A DNA stretch of 64,000 nucleotides. It comes from Alphaproteobacteria bacterium. GTDB lineage: Bacteria; Pseudomonadota; Alphaproteobacteria; Rhizobiales; Aestuariivirgaceae. Below, piece after piece: positions 1 through 9,351 of the stretch (position 1 is the first letter of the stretch; every line of letters begins with the position of its first letter). A program made the translations under genes and the position numbers. The DNA lies in NCBI GenBank assembly GCA_024640405.1, contig JAHEFB010000009.1:28243-92242 (forward strand), given 5' to 3'. A model generated the notes under the pieces. The model was not told the DNA's origin, searched no databases, and saw only the letters and a program-made list of their open reading frames with translations.

Positions 1-2
1 AT

Positions 3-233
3 CAGGGCAATGCCATCGTGGAACGCCTCAAACCGAAAATAGTCATACCGACCCATTACCTTGGTGAGGCAACGACCTACACGCTTTCCACACTGCAACC
101 GGCTGATGAGTGGGTTAAGAGCCAAAAAAGCTTCAAAATGCTGGATGGACCATCCATGAAACTTGCAGCCAGCGATGTCGCCGGCATGGACCGGGAGTTC
201 ATGTACTTCGGTTCCAACGTGCAGACCACCTGA
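3..233 (+). CDS. 3' end of a probable MBL-fold (Zn-dependent hydrolase family) protein, partial at window edge
   Basis: Frame is open from base 3 (QGNAIVERLKPKIVIPTHY...). The 'lkPkivIPxHY' motif is typical of the C-terminal part of UPF0173/MBL-fold hydrolases. Confidence 0.65.
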   Translation, partial: QGNAIVERLKPKIVIPTHYLGEATTYTLSTLQPADEWVKSQKSFKMLDGPSMKLAASDVAGMDREFMYFGSNVQTT

Positions 234-260
234 TGATGTGACCGGTCGATACCAGCCCCG

Positions 261-287
261 GGGCGAGCCAATGATGCCGGCTCGCCC
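261..287. terminator. Inverted repeat GGGCGAGCC-N9-GGCTCGCCC downstream of first gene, possible terminator
   Basis: Perfect 9-bp stem seen directly; no clear U-tract. Confidence 0.35.
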
Positions 288-710
288 GTCAGACTGGTCA
301 ATCGGCCACCAGTCAGGCGGCAGCAACCCGGCACTAACAGCGTAGAGCAACGCGGATGCCGTAAACAGGAAAGCCGCAATCGCCACGTTGAACGGATGGA
401 TCAACATCTTGCCGAAAACTTCCAGAACAAGTGTCGCTGCAGATCGTTTCCTGTCACTGGACATCACGGGCAGTGTCGGGTCCAAAGCAAAGTGCAGAAT
501 GTCTTCAAAACAGATTATGTTCGCTACCGGGATGGCCGCCTTCTACCCAATGCAAGGATTACGATGGCGAGGCGAGACCATTAGATAATGCGCTGGCGAG
601 TTGCAAATCCCACGATTGCATTTCGCTGATTGCGATTTGCGTCTTTGTGCAACGCTGATAGTATCTCCGGAAAAACAACAACAACCCCCCTTCCTTGAAA
701 GACCAAACCC

Positions 711-1790
711 ATGACATCATCCCGCACCACCAAGGGCCGTGGAAAGCTGTACGACACCATTCTGGATACCATTGGCGATACACCGTGTGTCCGCATCAAC
801 AGCCTCTCGCCAAAGGGTGTGCGGCTTTATGTGAAAGCTGAAGCGTTTAATCCGGCGGCATCGGTCAAGGACCGGCTCGCGGTTTCCATCATTGAAGAAG
901 CCGAGCGTTCAGGCGCGCTGAAACCCGGTCAGACTGTTGTGGAGGCGACCAGCGGCAATACCGGCATCGGACTGGCGATGGTGTGCGCTGCAAAAGGCTA
1001 TCCCCTGGTCCTTACCATGGCTGAGAGTTTTTCAGTCGAGCGGCGAAAACTGATGCGGTTTCTCGGAGCAAAGGTTGTTCTGACACCCAAGGAGAAAAAA
1101 GGCTTTGGCATGTACAACAAGGCCGTGGAACTGGCCGACGCAAACGGCTGGTTTCTGGCCAGTCAATTTGAGACGGATGCCAATGCGAAAATTCACGAGA
1201 ACACCACTGCGCGTGAAATCATGGCCGATTTTGAGGGCGACAGGTTGGACTACGTCGTCACGGGTTACGGTACCGGCGGTACTGTTTCCGGCATTGGCCG
1301 GGTACTGCGAAAGGAACGTCCGGACACGAAGATCATCCTGTCGGAACCCGCCAACGCTCAAATCGTCGGCTCCGGCACAACTCAGGGACGCAATGAGGCA
1401 GGCCAACCGGCTCACAGCCATCCGGCATTTGAACCACATCCGGTCCAGGGCTGGACCCCGGATTTCATCCCGCTGGTCCTGCAGGAGGCCATTGACAACA
1501 AATATTATGATGACCTGATCCCGGTAGCCGGGCCTGTGGGCATGGAGTGGTCGCGCAAACTGGCGCAAAAGGAAGGTATTTTTACCGGCGTGTCCGGTGG
1601 CGCAACTTTCGCCATCGCCATGCAGATCGCCGAAGAGGCGTCGGAGGGGACGGTTATTCTGTGCATGTTGCCGGATACCGGTGAGCGCTATCTGTCGTCG
1701 CCGTTGTTCGAAGCTGTTCCAGACTATATGACCGAAGAAGAGGTTGCACTGTCACACTCCACTCCGAGTTGCCAGATGCCTGCGGCATAG
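711..1790 (+). CDS. cysK: Cysteine synthase A (PLP-dependent O-acetylserine sulfhydrylase)
   Basis: KAEAFNPAASVKDR (PLP lysine), EATSGNTGIGLA, GTGGT and PDTGERYLS motifs. Confidence 0.93.
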   Translation: MTSSRTTKGRGKLYDTILDTIGDTPCVRINSLSPKGVRLYVKAEAFNPAASVKDRLAVSIIEEAERSGALKPGQTVVEATSGNTGIGLAMVCAAKGYPLVLTMAESFSVERRKLMRFLGAKVVLTPKEKKGFGMYNKAVELADANGWFLASQFETDANAKIHENTTAREIMADFEGDRLDYVVTGYGTGGTVSGIGRVLRKERPDTKIILSEPANAQIVGSGTTQGRNEAGQPAHSHPAFEPHPVQGWTPDFIPLVLQEAIDNKYYDDLIPVAGPVGMEWSRKLAQKEGIFTGVSGGATFAIAMQIAEEASEGTVILCMLPDTGERYLSSPLFEAVPDYMTEEEVALSHSTPSCQMPAA

Positions 1791-1925
1791 AACCTCTCCG
1801 ACCCGCACTCCAGAGAGTTCCACACTGATTTTCGATGTCGGAAAATTGGTGTGATCAGCACGTTGACCTGTGTTATCCAGAGGTCCACTGCAATAGAAAT
1901 TCCTCCATCCGACGGAGCCTGCAAA

Positions 1926-2801
1926 ATGTCTGACTCACCCGACTATACACCACCTAAAATCTGGAAGTGGGACAAGCAGCTGGGCGGCACCTGGGGCAGC
2001 CTGAACAGACCGGTTGCCGGTGCGACCCATGAAAAGGAACTGCCGGTCGGAAAGCATCCCTTGCAACTTTATTCACTGGCCACCCCCAACGGGGTAAAGG
2101 TCACGGTGATGCTGGAAGAGTTGCTGGCGCTCGGCCACTCAGGCGCTGAATACGATGCGCACCTGATCAGGATTCGCAAAGGCGACCAGTTCAGCAGCGG
2201 ATTTGTCGAAATCAATCCGAATTCGAAAATCCCGGCGCTGGTGGATCATGGCACAGACACCCCGACCCGGGTGTTTGAGTCCGGTGCAATTCTCATGTAC
2301 CTCGCCGAGAAATTCGAGGCCTTTCTACCGACACAGGGTGCACAGCGGGCCGAGTGCCTCTCCTGGTTGTTCTGGCAGATGGGCAGCGCGCCGTATCTCG
2401 GTGGTGGGTTTGGACATTTCTATTCATATTCGCCGGTAAAGTTCGAGTACCCGATCGACAGGTATGCCATGGAGGTCAAGCGCCAGCTTCACGTGCTCGA
2501 CCGTCATCTCGCCGACAAGCAGTTCATGTGCGGCGATGAGTATACCATTGCCGACATTGCCATCTGGCCGTGGTACGGCGCGCTGGTGGCCAACCGGGTC
2601 TATTCGGCCGCAACGTTTTTGAGCACCCATGAATACAGCCATGTAAACCGGTGGAACGAACAGATCATGCAGCGCGATGCCGTCAGACGCGGGAGGATTG
2701 TCAATCGGGTGTCGGGACGCCCCGACCAGCAACTTCGTGAGCGTCACGACGCCGGTGATTTTGAAACCAGGACGCAAGACAAACTTGAGCCGGCGTCGTA
2801 G
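1926..2801 (+). CDS. yghU: Glutathione-dependent disulfide-bond oxidoreductase (GST family, YghU-like)
   Basis: Starts MSDSPDYTPPKIWKW. Contains LYSLATPNGVKV, NPNSKIPAL, FESGAIL and QLRERHDAGDF, typical of YghU. Confidence 0.88.
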   Translation: MSDSPDYTPPKIWKWDKQLGGTWGSLNRPVAGATHEKELPVGKHPLQLYSLATPNGVKVTVMLEELLALGHSGAEYDAHLIRIRKGDQFSSGFVEINPNSKIPALVDHGTDTPTRVFESGAILMYLAEKFEAFLPTQGAQRAECLSWLFWQMGSAPYLGGGFGHFYSYSPVKFEYPIDRYAMEVKRQLHVLDRHLADKQFMCGDEYTIADIAIWPWYGALVANRVYSAATFLSTHEYSHVNRWNEQIMQRDAVRRGRIVNRVSGRPDQQLRERHDAGDFETRTQDKLEPAS

Positions 2802-2924
2802 CTCGGGGTTGCAAACGGTTTGAGTTTCGACAAACATTCTCCCATCGGCATGTCATCCGTGGTACCGGCAAAGCAGGAAGTTGTGTAGAATTATCGTTGC
2901 CTGGAGACACTCGGGAGAGTTGTA

Positions 2925-5192
2925 GTGACAGATGAATTTTCTCGTCTGATTACAGGATCAGGCCAGTATACTGCGGATTTGAACTTTCCCGGTCAACTGT
3001 ACGGGTATGTATTGCGGTCGCCACACGCTCACGCGACCGTCAAATCAATCGAAACTGAGGCCGCCCTGTCGCAGGCCGACGTGCTGGCCGTCTTCACCGC
3101 TTCCGATCTGGACCATGCAGGTATTGGCCCCATACCCTGTATTTATCCAGTCGACCAGGCCGATGGTTCGCCGATGGCGTCGCCACCGAACAATGCGCTT
3201 GCTTCTGGTCGGGTGCGCCACGTCGGTGACGCTGTCGCCTTCATAGTTGCAACAACCCCGGCTGCCGCCAAATACGCTGCCGAGTTGATCGACGCAGACT
3301 ATGACATATTACCATCAGTCAGCGCAGCACACGATGCAATGCTGCCTGACGCGCCTGAACTGTGGCCGGAAGCACCGGGCAACATATGTTTCCATTTCAG
3401 TAATGGGGATCGCGAAAAGACTGAACAGGTGTTTAGGCGTGCCGACCGGATTGTGAGGCGCAGACTGAACTTTCCGCGCGTCGTGGCAAACACGCTGGAG
3501 ACACGGGCAGCGATAGCAGTTCCCGATGGTCGGTCGGTAACGCTGCATACCCAGAGCCAGGGATCACAGTACCTGCGCAGTCTGCTCATCAATGTCATAG
3601 GGTGTACCGCAGATGAATTGCATGTGGTGACACCCGATGTCGGGGGTGCGTTCGGGATCAGGGGCTTGCCTTATCCTGAACAGGTTCTGGTCATCCATTC
3701 CGCACGCGTTCTGGGGCGCCCGGTGAAATGGGTTGGAGAACGAGGACCGGAAGGATTTCTGAGCGACAACCATGCGCGCGACCAGTTTTTCGATATTGAA
3801 CTGGCGGTCGAGGAAACCGGTCACTTTTCAGGAATTCGAATGCGGACGGTTGCAAATCTTGGTGCCAAATTGTCTGGCTACGCGCCGATCAACTCCACCA
3901 TGGTTCACAGGCTGCCGGGTCCCTACCACTTTGCTGCGGGCTATTGCGAAGTGACGGCAGTGTTCACAAATACAGTCCAGGTCGATTGTTATCGCGGTGC
4001 CGGCAGGGCCGAGCTTGTGTTCCCGCTGGAAAGAATAATTGATGCTGCCGCCCGCGAACTCGAGATGGACCCCGCGGAAATAAGGCGGAGGAATTTCGCT
4101 AGTGCAGACGCGCCGTTACGCAAAAACTGCTTCGGTATCGAAATCGAGAACCGGGACTACCGGGCGGGTTTTGAAAGGGCGGTCGCCGAAGCGCGCTGGT
4201 TGCAACGTTCGAGTGACAAGCCGCAGGCCCGGCAAAATGGCTTCCGGAAAGGTATGGGCATGGCGAGCTACGCCGTAACGGCGATGGGCTGTGAAGAGCA
4301 CGTAAAGCTCACCATCGATACACGCGGCACGGTTTCCATTTTCATGGGTACGCAGTCAAGTGGCCAGGGCCATGCCACTGTCTTTGAAGGCGTCGTGGCA
4401 GACGAACTGTCCCTGCACGCCGATCAGGTTCGTTTCATTCAGGGTGACACACGCAAATTTGCAAACGAAACGATGACCGCGGGATCGCGCACGATACCAG
4501 CCGGTGTCCCGGCATGCCGCAAGGCTGCCCATGCCTTGCTGGAACGCGGACGGAGCATCGCGGCGGCGCTGACCCAACTGGAGCCGGAGGAGATTACCTA
4601 CGATGCGGGAGTTTTCATGAGCCCGGCTACACAGGCAGAGTTTTCCCTGGGTGATCTGGTGAGCGCAGCGGTAGAAGCCGGATTGACCGACGATGGGGAC
4701 GAACCCAGTATAGCTGCCGAAGCAAACTTCAGTCCGGGCGAGTTCACTGCCCCTTGCGGCACGCACATCTGCGAGGTCGAGATTGACACCGCAACCGGGC
4801 AAACCAGACTGGTGAGCTACCTGTCTGTTGATGATATCGGAGACGTAGCGGCTCCGGCACTTGCGATCGGACAGATACGCGGCGGGGTCGTCCAGGGGCT
4901 GGGCCAGGCACTACTGGAGACGTGCCACTATGATGGTGAAAGTGGACAACTTCTCACAGGGTCGCTGATGGATTACGCGCTGCCTCGTGCCGACGACACC
5001 CCGGTTTTCACCACCTTGTTCATGGAACATGTTGCCTCCTCGCGGTTGCACGGTGCCGGTGAGATGGGAACCATCGCGGCAACGCCGGCCATCCTGAATG
5101 CCGTCAATAACGCCCTGTCCCGCATGGGTGCTGACGAGATAGATGCACCAATGACAACGGAAAAGATCTGGCGCGCCTGCCGTTCGACTTGA
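2925..5192 (+). CDS. Xanthine dehydrogenase family molybdopterin-binding (large) subunit, CoxL form II/CutL-like
   Basis: RLITGSGQYTADL, LRSPHAHA, DVGGAFG, YRGAGR loop, GQGHAT and GAGEMG motifs. GTG start with GGGAG upstream. Confidence 0.88.
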   Translation: MTDEFSRLITGSGQYTADLNFPGQLYGYVLRSPHAHATVKSIETEAALSQADVLAVFTASDLDHAGIGPIPCIYPVDQADGSPMASPPNNALASGRVRHVGDAVAFIVATTPAAAKYAAELIDADYDILPSVSAAHDAMLPDAPELWPEAPGNICFHFSNGDREKTEQVFRRADRIVRRRLNFPRVVANTLETRAAIAVPDGRSVTLHTQSQGSQYLRSLLINVIGCTADELHVVTPDVGGAFGIRGLPYPEQVLVIHSARVLGRPVKWVGERGPEGFLSDNHARDQFFDIELAVEETGHFSGIRMRTVANLGAKLSGYAPINSTMVHRLPGPYHFAAGYCEVTAVFTNTVQVDCYRGAGRAELVFPLERIIDAAARELEMDPAEIRRRNFASADAPLRKNCFGIEIENRDYRAGFERAVAEARWLQRSSDKPQARQNGFRKGMGMASYAVTAMGCEEHVKLTIDTRGTVSIFMGTQSSGQGHATVFEGVVADELSLHADQVRFIQGDTRKFANETMTAGSRTIPAGVPACRKAAHALLERGRSIAAALTQLEPEEITYDAGVFMSPATQAEFSLGDLVSAAVEAGLTDDGDEPSIAAEANFSPGEFTAPCGTHICEVEIDTATGQTRLVSYLSVDDIGDVAAPALAIGQIRGGVVQGLGQALLETCHYDGESGQLLTGSLMDYALPRADDTPVFTTLFMEHVASSRLHGAGEMGTIAATPAILNAVNNALSRMGADEIDAPMTTEKIWRACRST

Positions 5193-5319
5193 CGACAGCC
5201 CCTCTTTCTTGAAACTCAAGGAACAGTCAAAATCGCTTTGAAATGGCAATCCGGTGACGTGGCACCAGGCTGCGTACTGGTTTGTGACAAGGTTGCAAGC
5301 AACTGGAGCCGGATCAGCA

Positions 5320-5748
5320 ATGGCACGAATTCAGATCACCAACACCATCTGGCTGTACGATGACGAGTTGCACGAGAAGTTTGTCCGTGCCAGCGGGCCG
5401 GGCGGGCAGAACGTCAACAAGGTCTCATCGGCTGTGCAACTGAGATTCAATGTCCGTTTGTCGCGGTCGTTGCCCGACCGGGTTCGTGAGAAAATCCTCA
5501 ACAGCGGTGACAGCCGCCTGACCAATGATGGCGAACTGGTGCTGGAAGCCGGCCGGCACCGCACGCAGGAAGCCAATCGGCGCGATGCGCTGGAACGTCT
5601 GAAAGACATTATCAGGAACGCTGCACACGTGCCGCGCAAACGCATCGCGACCTGGCCGACGCTGGGGTCAAAGAGACGCCGGCTGGAGTCGAAAACCAAA
5701 CGCGGTCTGGTCAAGCAAAAGCGCAGCGGCAAAATCGACCTGGATTAA
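5320..5748 (+). CDS. arfB: Alternative ribosome rescue aminoacyl-tRNA hydrolase ArfB
   Basis: RASGPGGQNVNKV (GGQ motif), RTQEANR and a basic C-terminal tail. ATG at 5320 preferred over the GTG at 5254. Confidence 0.93.
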   Translation: MARIQITNTIWLYDDELHEKFVRASGPGGQNVNKVSSAVQLRFNVRLSRSLPDRVREKILNSGDSRLTNDGELVLEAGRHRTQEANRRDALERLKDIIRNAAHVPRKRIATWPTLGSKRRRLESKTKRGLVKQKRSGKIDLD

Positions 5749-5753
5749 GCCGC

Positions 5754-6077
5754 TTATGCTTTCACCAGTTCGCTGTCCAGTTGCACGGTCAGACCGTCCA
5801 GATCTTGCGAATATATCAATTGACACGAGAGCCTTGATGTATCCGCCACTGTCGGCACTTCGTCCAGCATCGCGTCTTCATCATCGCGGGGTTCATGCAG
5901 CTTTGCCTGCCAGTCATCGTCGACGTATACGTGGCAGGTAGCGCACGCGCAGGCACCGCCGCACAGTCCCTCCATCGGCAATCCATGCTCCCGAATGATT
6001 TCCATCACCCGCCAGCCTTCGACCGCGTCAAGCTCGTGGGCCCGGCCTTCATGATCGATTACATTGATCACGCCCAT
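5754..6077 (-). CDS. 2Fe-2S ferredoxin (adrenodoxin/putidaredoxin type)
   Basis: CGGACACATCH and SRLSCQ cluster ligands. Start MGVINVID. Confidence 0.9.
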   Translation of the reverse strand: MGVINVIDHEGRAHELDAVEGWRVMEIIREHGLPMEGLCGGACACATCHVYVDDDWQAKLHEPRDDEDAMLDEVPTVADTSRLSCQLIYSQDLDGLTVQLDSELVKA

Positions 6078-6082
6078 GGTGT

Positions 6083-6796
6083 TCAAACTCCGCTTTGCTG
6101 ATTGCGCACCAACCGGCCGTCGGCGCTCGGATGAATGCCGCATTCGGTCTTGTCCTGCCCGGCCCAGCGCCCGGCTCTCGGATTGTCTGCAGTGCCACCG
6201 CGCTGGGTGCAGTCGGCACAGCCGATCGAAAAATAGCCCTGCTCGATCAGGGGATGGGGTGGCAGGCCATGGCGTTTCAGGTAGCCGGCAATGGCTGCAG
6301 CGTCGTAACCGGCCAGGGGTTCGCCCTTCACCCTGCCCTTGTCATCCAGACTTACGCCTGCAAGCTGATCCCGGCCCTCGCCGTGATAGCGTTTGCGGCC
6401 CGACAATACCGCATCAAAACCTGCAAGCGCGCGTTCAAGGGGGCGCACCTTGCGAAGATCACAACATGCATCGGGATCAGACCCGGACAAGGTGCCGTGC
6501 GGATCGAGCAGCGTGACATCACCGGTGTGAGGCCTGATGATGCGGACATCCTTCAGGCCCAGCAGGTCAATGATTTTCGACCGGTAATAACCGGTCTGCC
6601 AGAAGTGCTTGCCGGTATCGAGGAAGATCACCGCGATAGCCTGGTCGACACAGGCAACCATGTGCAACAGCACTACCGATTCAGCGCCGAACGACGACAC
6701 CAGTGCCAGACGGTGAGCGAACCGGTTGTGCAGCGACGCGACAAGGGCTTCGCCTTCCAGCCCGTGATGACGGGCAAGATCAGGATTACTATTCAT
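6083..6796 (-). CDS. cysH: APS/PAPS reductase, 4Fe-4S (APS reductase) type
   Basis: SSFG, FLDTG, CC..RKVRPL, SIGCADCT and C-terminal ECGIH. Confidence 0.92.
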   Translation of the reverse strand: MNSNPDLARHHGLEGEALVASLHNRFAHRLALVSSFGAESVVLLHMVACVDQAIAVIFLDTGKHFWQTGYYRSKIIDLLGLKDVRIIRPHTGDVTLLDPHGTLSGSDPDACCDLRKVRPLERALAGFDAVLSGRKRYHGEGRDQLAGVSLDDKGRVKGEPLAGYDAAAIAGYLKRHGLPPHPLIEQGYFSIGCADCTQRGGTADNPRAGRWAGQDKTECGIHPSADGRLVRNQQSGV

Positions 6797-6816
6797 GATT
6801 GAACCACCGCTTTGGA

Positions 6817-7338
6817 TTATCCGAAACTGGGCTGTTCCCGCCTGGAGCCCGCTTCAGCGAAAGGGCGCGTGGCCAGGCCTCCGGTTGCATAGTCGCGCTG
6901 ATAGGTTGCCGGCACCGAACCGGCGTGGCGGACCCATTCTGCCAGACTGAAGCGATCTGACACCTCGAAGCTGTCAACTCCGGACTGCAGCAGAAAGCCA
7001 TACTGGTCCGGCAGGAAACCGCCGCGAGCCCGGATGGTGCCGGTGAAGTGTTCGGTGTGGCGAATGCTCCTGGCCTGCGAGAAAGCGCGGCCGTCCGCAA
7101 AGCCGGGGAAGTTGAGGGTGACAATATCGAGCCGCGCCAGATGCGGTGTGAGCACAGCAATATCAGCATCATTCGGCACGTCGACGCCGAGCCCGCGATG
7201 GTCCTCCGGCCAGCCGGCCAGAACCTCTTCCAGGCGCGCCAGCGGCACGATGATCATGCTGCGGTCCCTGGCGCTGTCACCTTCGTGCAGGTTGGACCAG
7301 ACGTCATCGACAAAGGCGTTGTTTTCAATTACCGGCAT
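6817..7338 (-). CDS. DUF934 domain protein
   Basis: FPGFADGRAFSQAR...IRARG..LPDQ...GVDSF pattern; located in the sulfite reductase operon. Confidence 0.85.
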   Translation of the reverse strand: MPVIENNAFVDDVWSNLHEGDSARDRSMIIVPLARLEEVLAGWPEDHRGLGVDVPNDADIAVLTPHLARLDIVTLNFPGFADGRAFSQARSIRHTEHFTGTIRARGGFLPDQYGFLLQSGVDSFEVSDRFSLAEWVRHAGSVPATYQRDYATGGLATRPFAEAGSRREQPSFG

Positions 7339-9010
7339 AAAGAGCCTCCTTGAAAGGAGCCGCACCGAGGCGGCGATAGGTTTGCAGGAATTCCTCACCC
7401 TGCTCACGCACGTTCAGATAGGTTTCGACGACTGTTTCAATCGCGCCGGCAATTTCATCGGCGCCGAAGCCCGGCCCGAGGATCTTGCCGATCGAGGAAT
7501 TTTCGGTGGACGAGCCACCCAGCGTGATCTGGTAAAATTCCTTACCCTTCTTGTCGACACCGAGAATGCCGATATGGCCGACATGGTGATGGCCGCAGGC
7601 ATTGATGCAGCCTGAAATATTGAGCTTCAGGGGACCGACATCGTGCTGTTTCCTGATGTCGGCAAAGCGGGCCGAAATCTCCTGCGCAACCGGAATCGAG
7701 CGCGCTGTCGCAAGGGCGCAGTAATCCAGCCCGGGACAGGAGATGATGTCGCCGATGAGGCCGATATTGGCTTCCGCCAGACCCTGATCCCTGAGCTGTT
7801 GCCAAACCTCGATCAGGTCTCTGGTGCGTACGTGCGGCATGGTCAGGTTCTGCGCATGGGTGACGCGCACTTCGCCGAAGGAATACCTTTCCGCCAGCCG
7901 GGCAACGCCACGCATCTGCTCGGACGTGGCATCGCCGGGAATACCGCCGGCCGGTTTGAACGAGGCATTGACGATGGTGTAGCCCGGCACCTTGTGCGCC
8001 ACCGTGTTGGCGGTGAGCCACTGGCGGAAACCGCGATCAGCCAGCTTCCTTTCCTCGATCTCCGGCACAAAGGCCGGCAGGGTTTCGAAGGCCGGGGCCG
8101 CAAAGTAGGACGAGATGCGGGCCAATTCGCGCGCATCGACTTCAAGTGTCTCGCGTGATGCTTCGGCAAATTCCCTTTCCACCGCGGCGGAAAATGCTTC
8201 CGCGCCCATTTCGTGGACCAGTATCTTGATGCGCGCCTTGTACTTGTTGTCGCGCCGGCCAACCAGGTTGTAGACCCGCATGATGGCGGTCAGGTAGGGC
8301 AGCAGGTCTGCTTCCGGCAGCCAGTCACGCACTGTCACCGCGACCATGGGGGTGCGCCCCTGCCCGCCGCCGACCAGTACTTCCCAGCCGCGTTCGCCGG
8401 CTTCGTTCAAATGCATGCGCAAGCCGATATCATGCACTTTCACCGCTGCCCGGTCGTTAGGCGATCCGGTTACCGCGATCTTGAATTTGCGCGGCAGATA
8501 GGTGAATTCCGGATGCAGGCTCGACCATTGCCGGATCAGTTCGCACACCGGGCGCGGGTCAGCCAGCTCATCGGCGGCCGCACCGGCATAGGGGTCGGTC
8601 GTGGTGTTGCGGATACAGTTGCCGGAGGTCTGGATGGCGTGCATTTCCACACCGGCCAGCATGTCCAGTATGTCCGCGGTTTCCTCCAGCCTGACCCAGT
8701 TGTACTGAATGTTCTGCCGCGTGGTCCAGTGGCCGTAGCCGCGGTCATACTTGTCGGCGATGTCGGCCAGCACGTTTAGCTGGCGGGCCGACATGGTGCC
8801 GTAGGGCACCGCCACACGCAGCATGTAGGCATGCAGCTGATGATACAGTCCGTTCATCAGGCGCATGGGCTTGAATTCGTCCTCGGTAATCGTGCCGTCA
8901 AGGCGGCGGGCTACCTGGTCGCGAAACTGCTCGACACGGGCATCAACGAATTTGCGGTCAAATTCGTCATAGCGGTACATGTTGGGTTCGGGGGTCACGT
9001 GCATGTTCAT
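7325..9010 (-). CDS. cysI: Sulfite/nitrite reductase hemoprotein (siroheme, 4Fe-4S)
   Basis: MYRYDEFD, TTRQNIQ, TSGNCIRN, LPRKFKIA, CPGLDYC and SGCINACG ligands. Confidence 0.93.
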   Translation of the reverse strand: MNMHVTPEPNMYRYDEFDRKFVDARVEQFRDQVARRLDGTITEDEFKPMRLMNGLYHQLHAYMLRVAVPYGTMSARQLNVLADIADKYDRGYGHWTTRQNIQYNWVRLEETADILDMLAGVEMHAIQTSGNCIRNTTTDPYAGAAADELADPRPVCELIRQWSSLHPEFTYLPRKFKIAVTGSPNDRAAVKVHDIGLRMHLNEAGERGWEVLVGGGQGRTPMVAVTVRDWLPEADLLPYLTAIMRVYNLVGRRDNKYKARIKILVHEMGAEAFSAAVEREFAEASRETLEVDARELARISSYFAAPAFETLPAFVPEIEERKLADRGFRQWLTANTVAHKVPGYTIVNASFKPAGGIPGDATSEQMRGVARLAERYSFGEVRVTHAQNLTMPHVRTRDLIEVWQQLRDQGLAEANIGLIGDIISCPGLDYCALATARSIPVAQEISARFADIRKQHDVGPLKLNISGCINACGHHHVGHIGILGVDKKGKEFYQITLGGSSTENSSIGKILGPGFGADEIAGAIETVVETYLNVREQGEEFLQTYRRLGAAPFKEALYAGN

Positions 9011-9351
9011 AGGTCCACAACCTCGCTTGTCGAAAATCCTTGCGCCACCTGCGCCAGATCGGCCCTGACGGTCGGTCCCAGCGCCCGGATGCGTTCACGA
9101 ATGTGAACCGGGCGAATGGCGCCGCTCTCGCGTGACACTTCCACCAGGTAGGCGCCCATGACGATGTTGGCGTGCTCATCCTTCTGGGCGTCGCCGAGCG
9201 CCACGAAGCCTGAGTCCTGGCATTTCAGAACAGCCGCATCGTCGATACCGCGTACCCATTTGTCTTGAAGGTTGCGAAACACCGTATCGCCGGACAAAAC
9301 CTCGTTTGCCGTCACGACATATTCACTGCAGTCTTCGGTTTTATCGTTCAT
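9007..9351 (-). CDS. DUF2849 domain protein
   Basis: VVTANEVLSGDTVF...HIRERIRALGPT. ATGA overlaps with cysG and cysI. Confidence 0.85.
   Translation of the reverse strand: MNDKTEDCSEYVVTANEVLSGDTVFRNLQDKWVRGIDDAAVLKCQDSGFVALGDAQKDEHANIVMGAYLVEVSRESGAIRPVHIRERIRALGPTVRADLAQVAQGFSTSEVVDL

Noticed and set aside
6095-6802. 235-aa + strand ORF and similar ORFs over the cys operon
   Set aside because: Antisense shadows of cysH/cysI; no recognisable motifs, typical of GC-rich codon bias.
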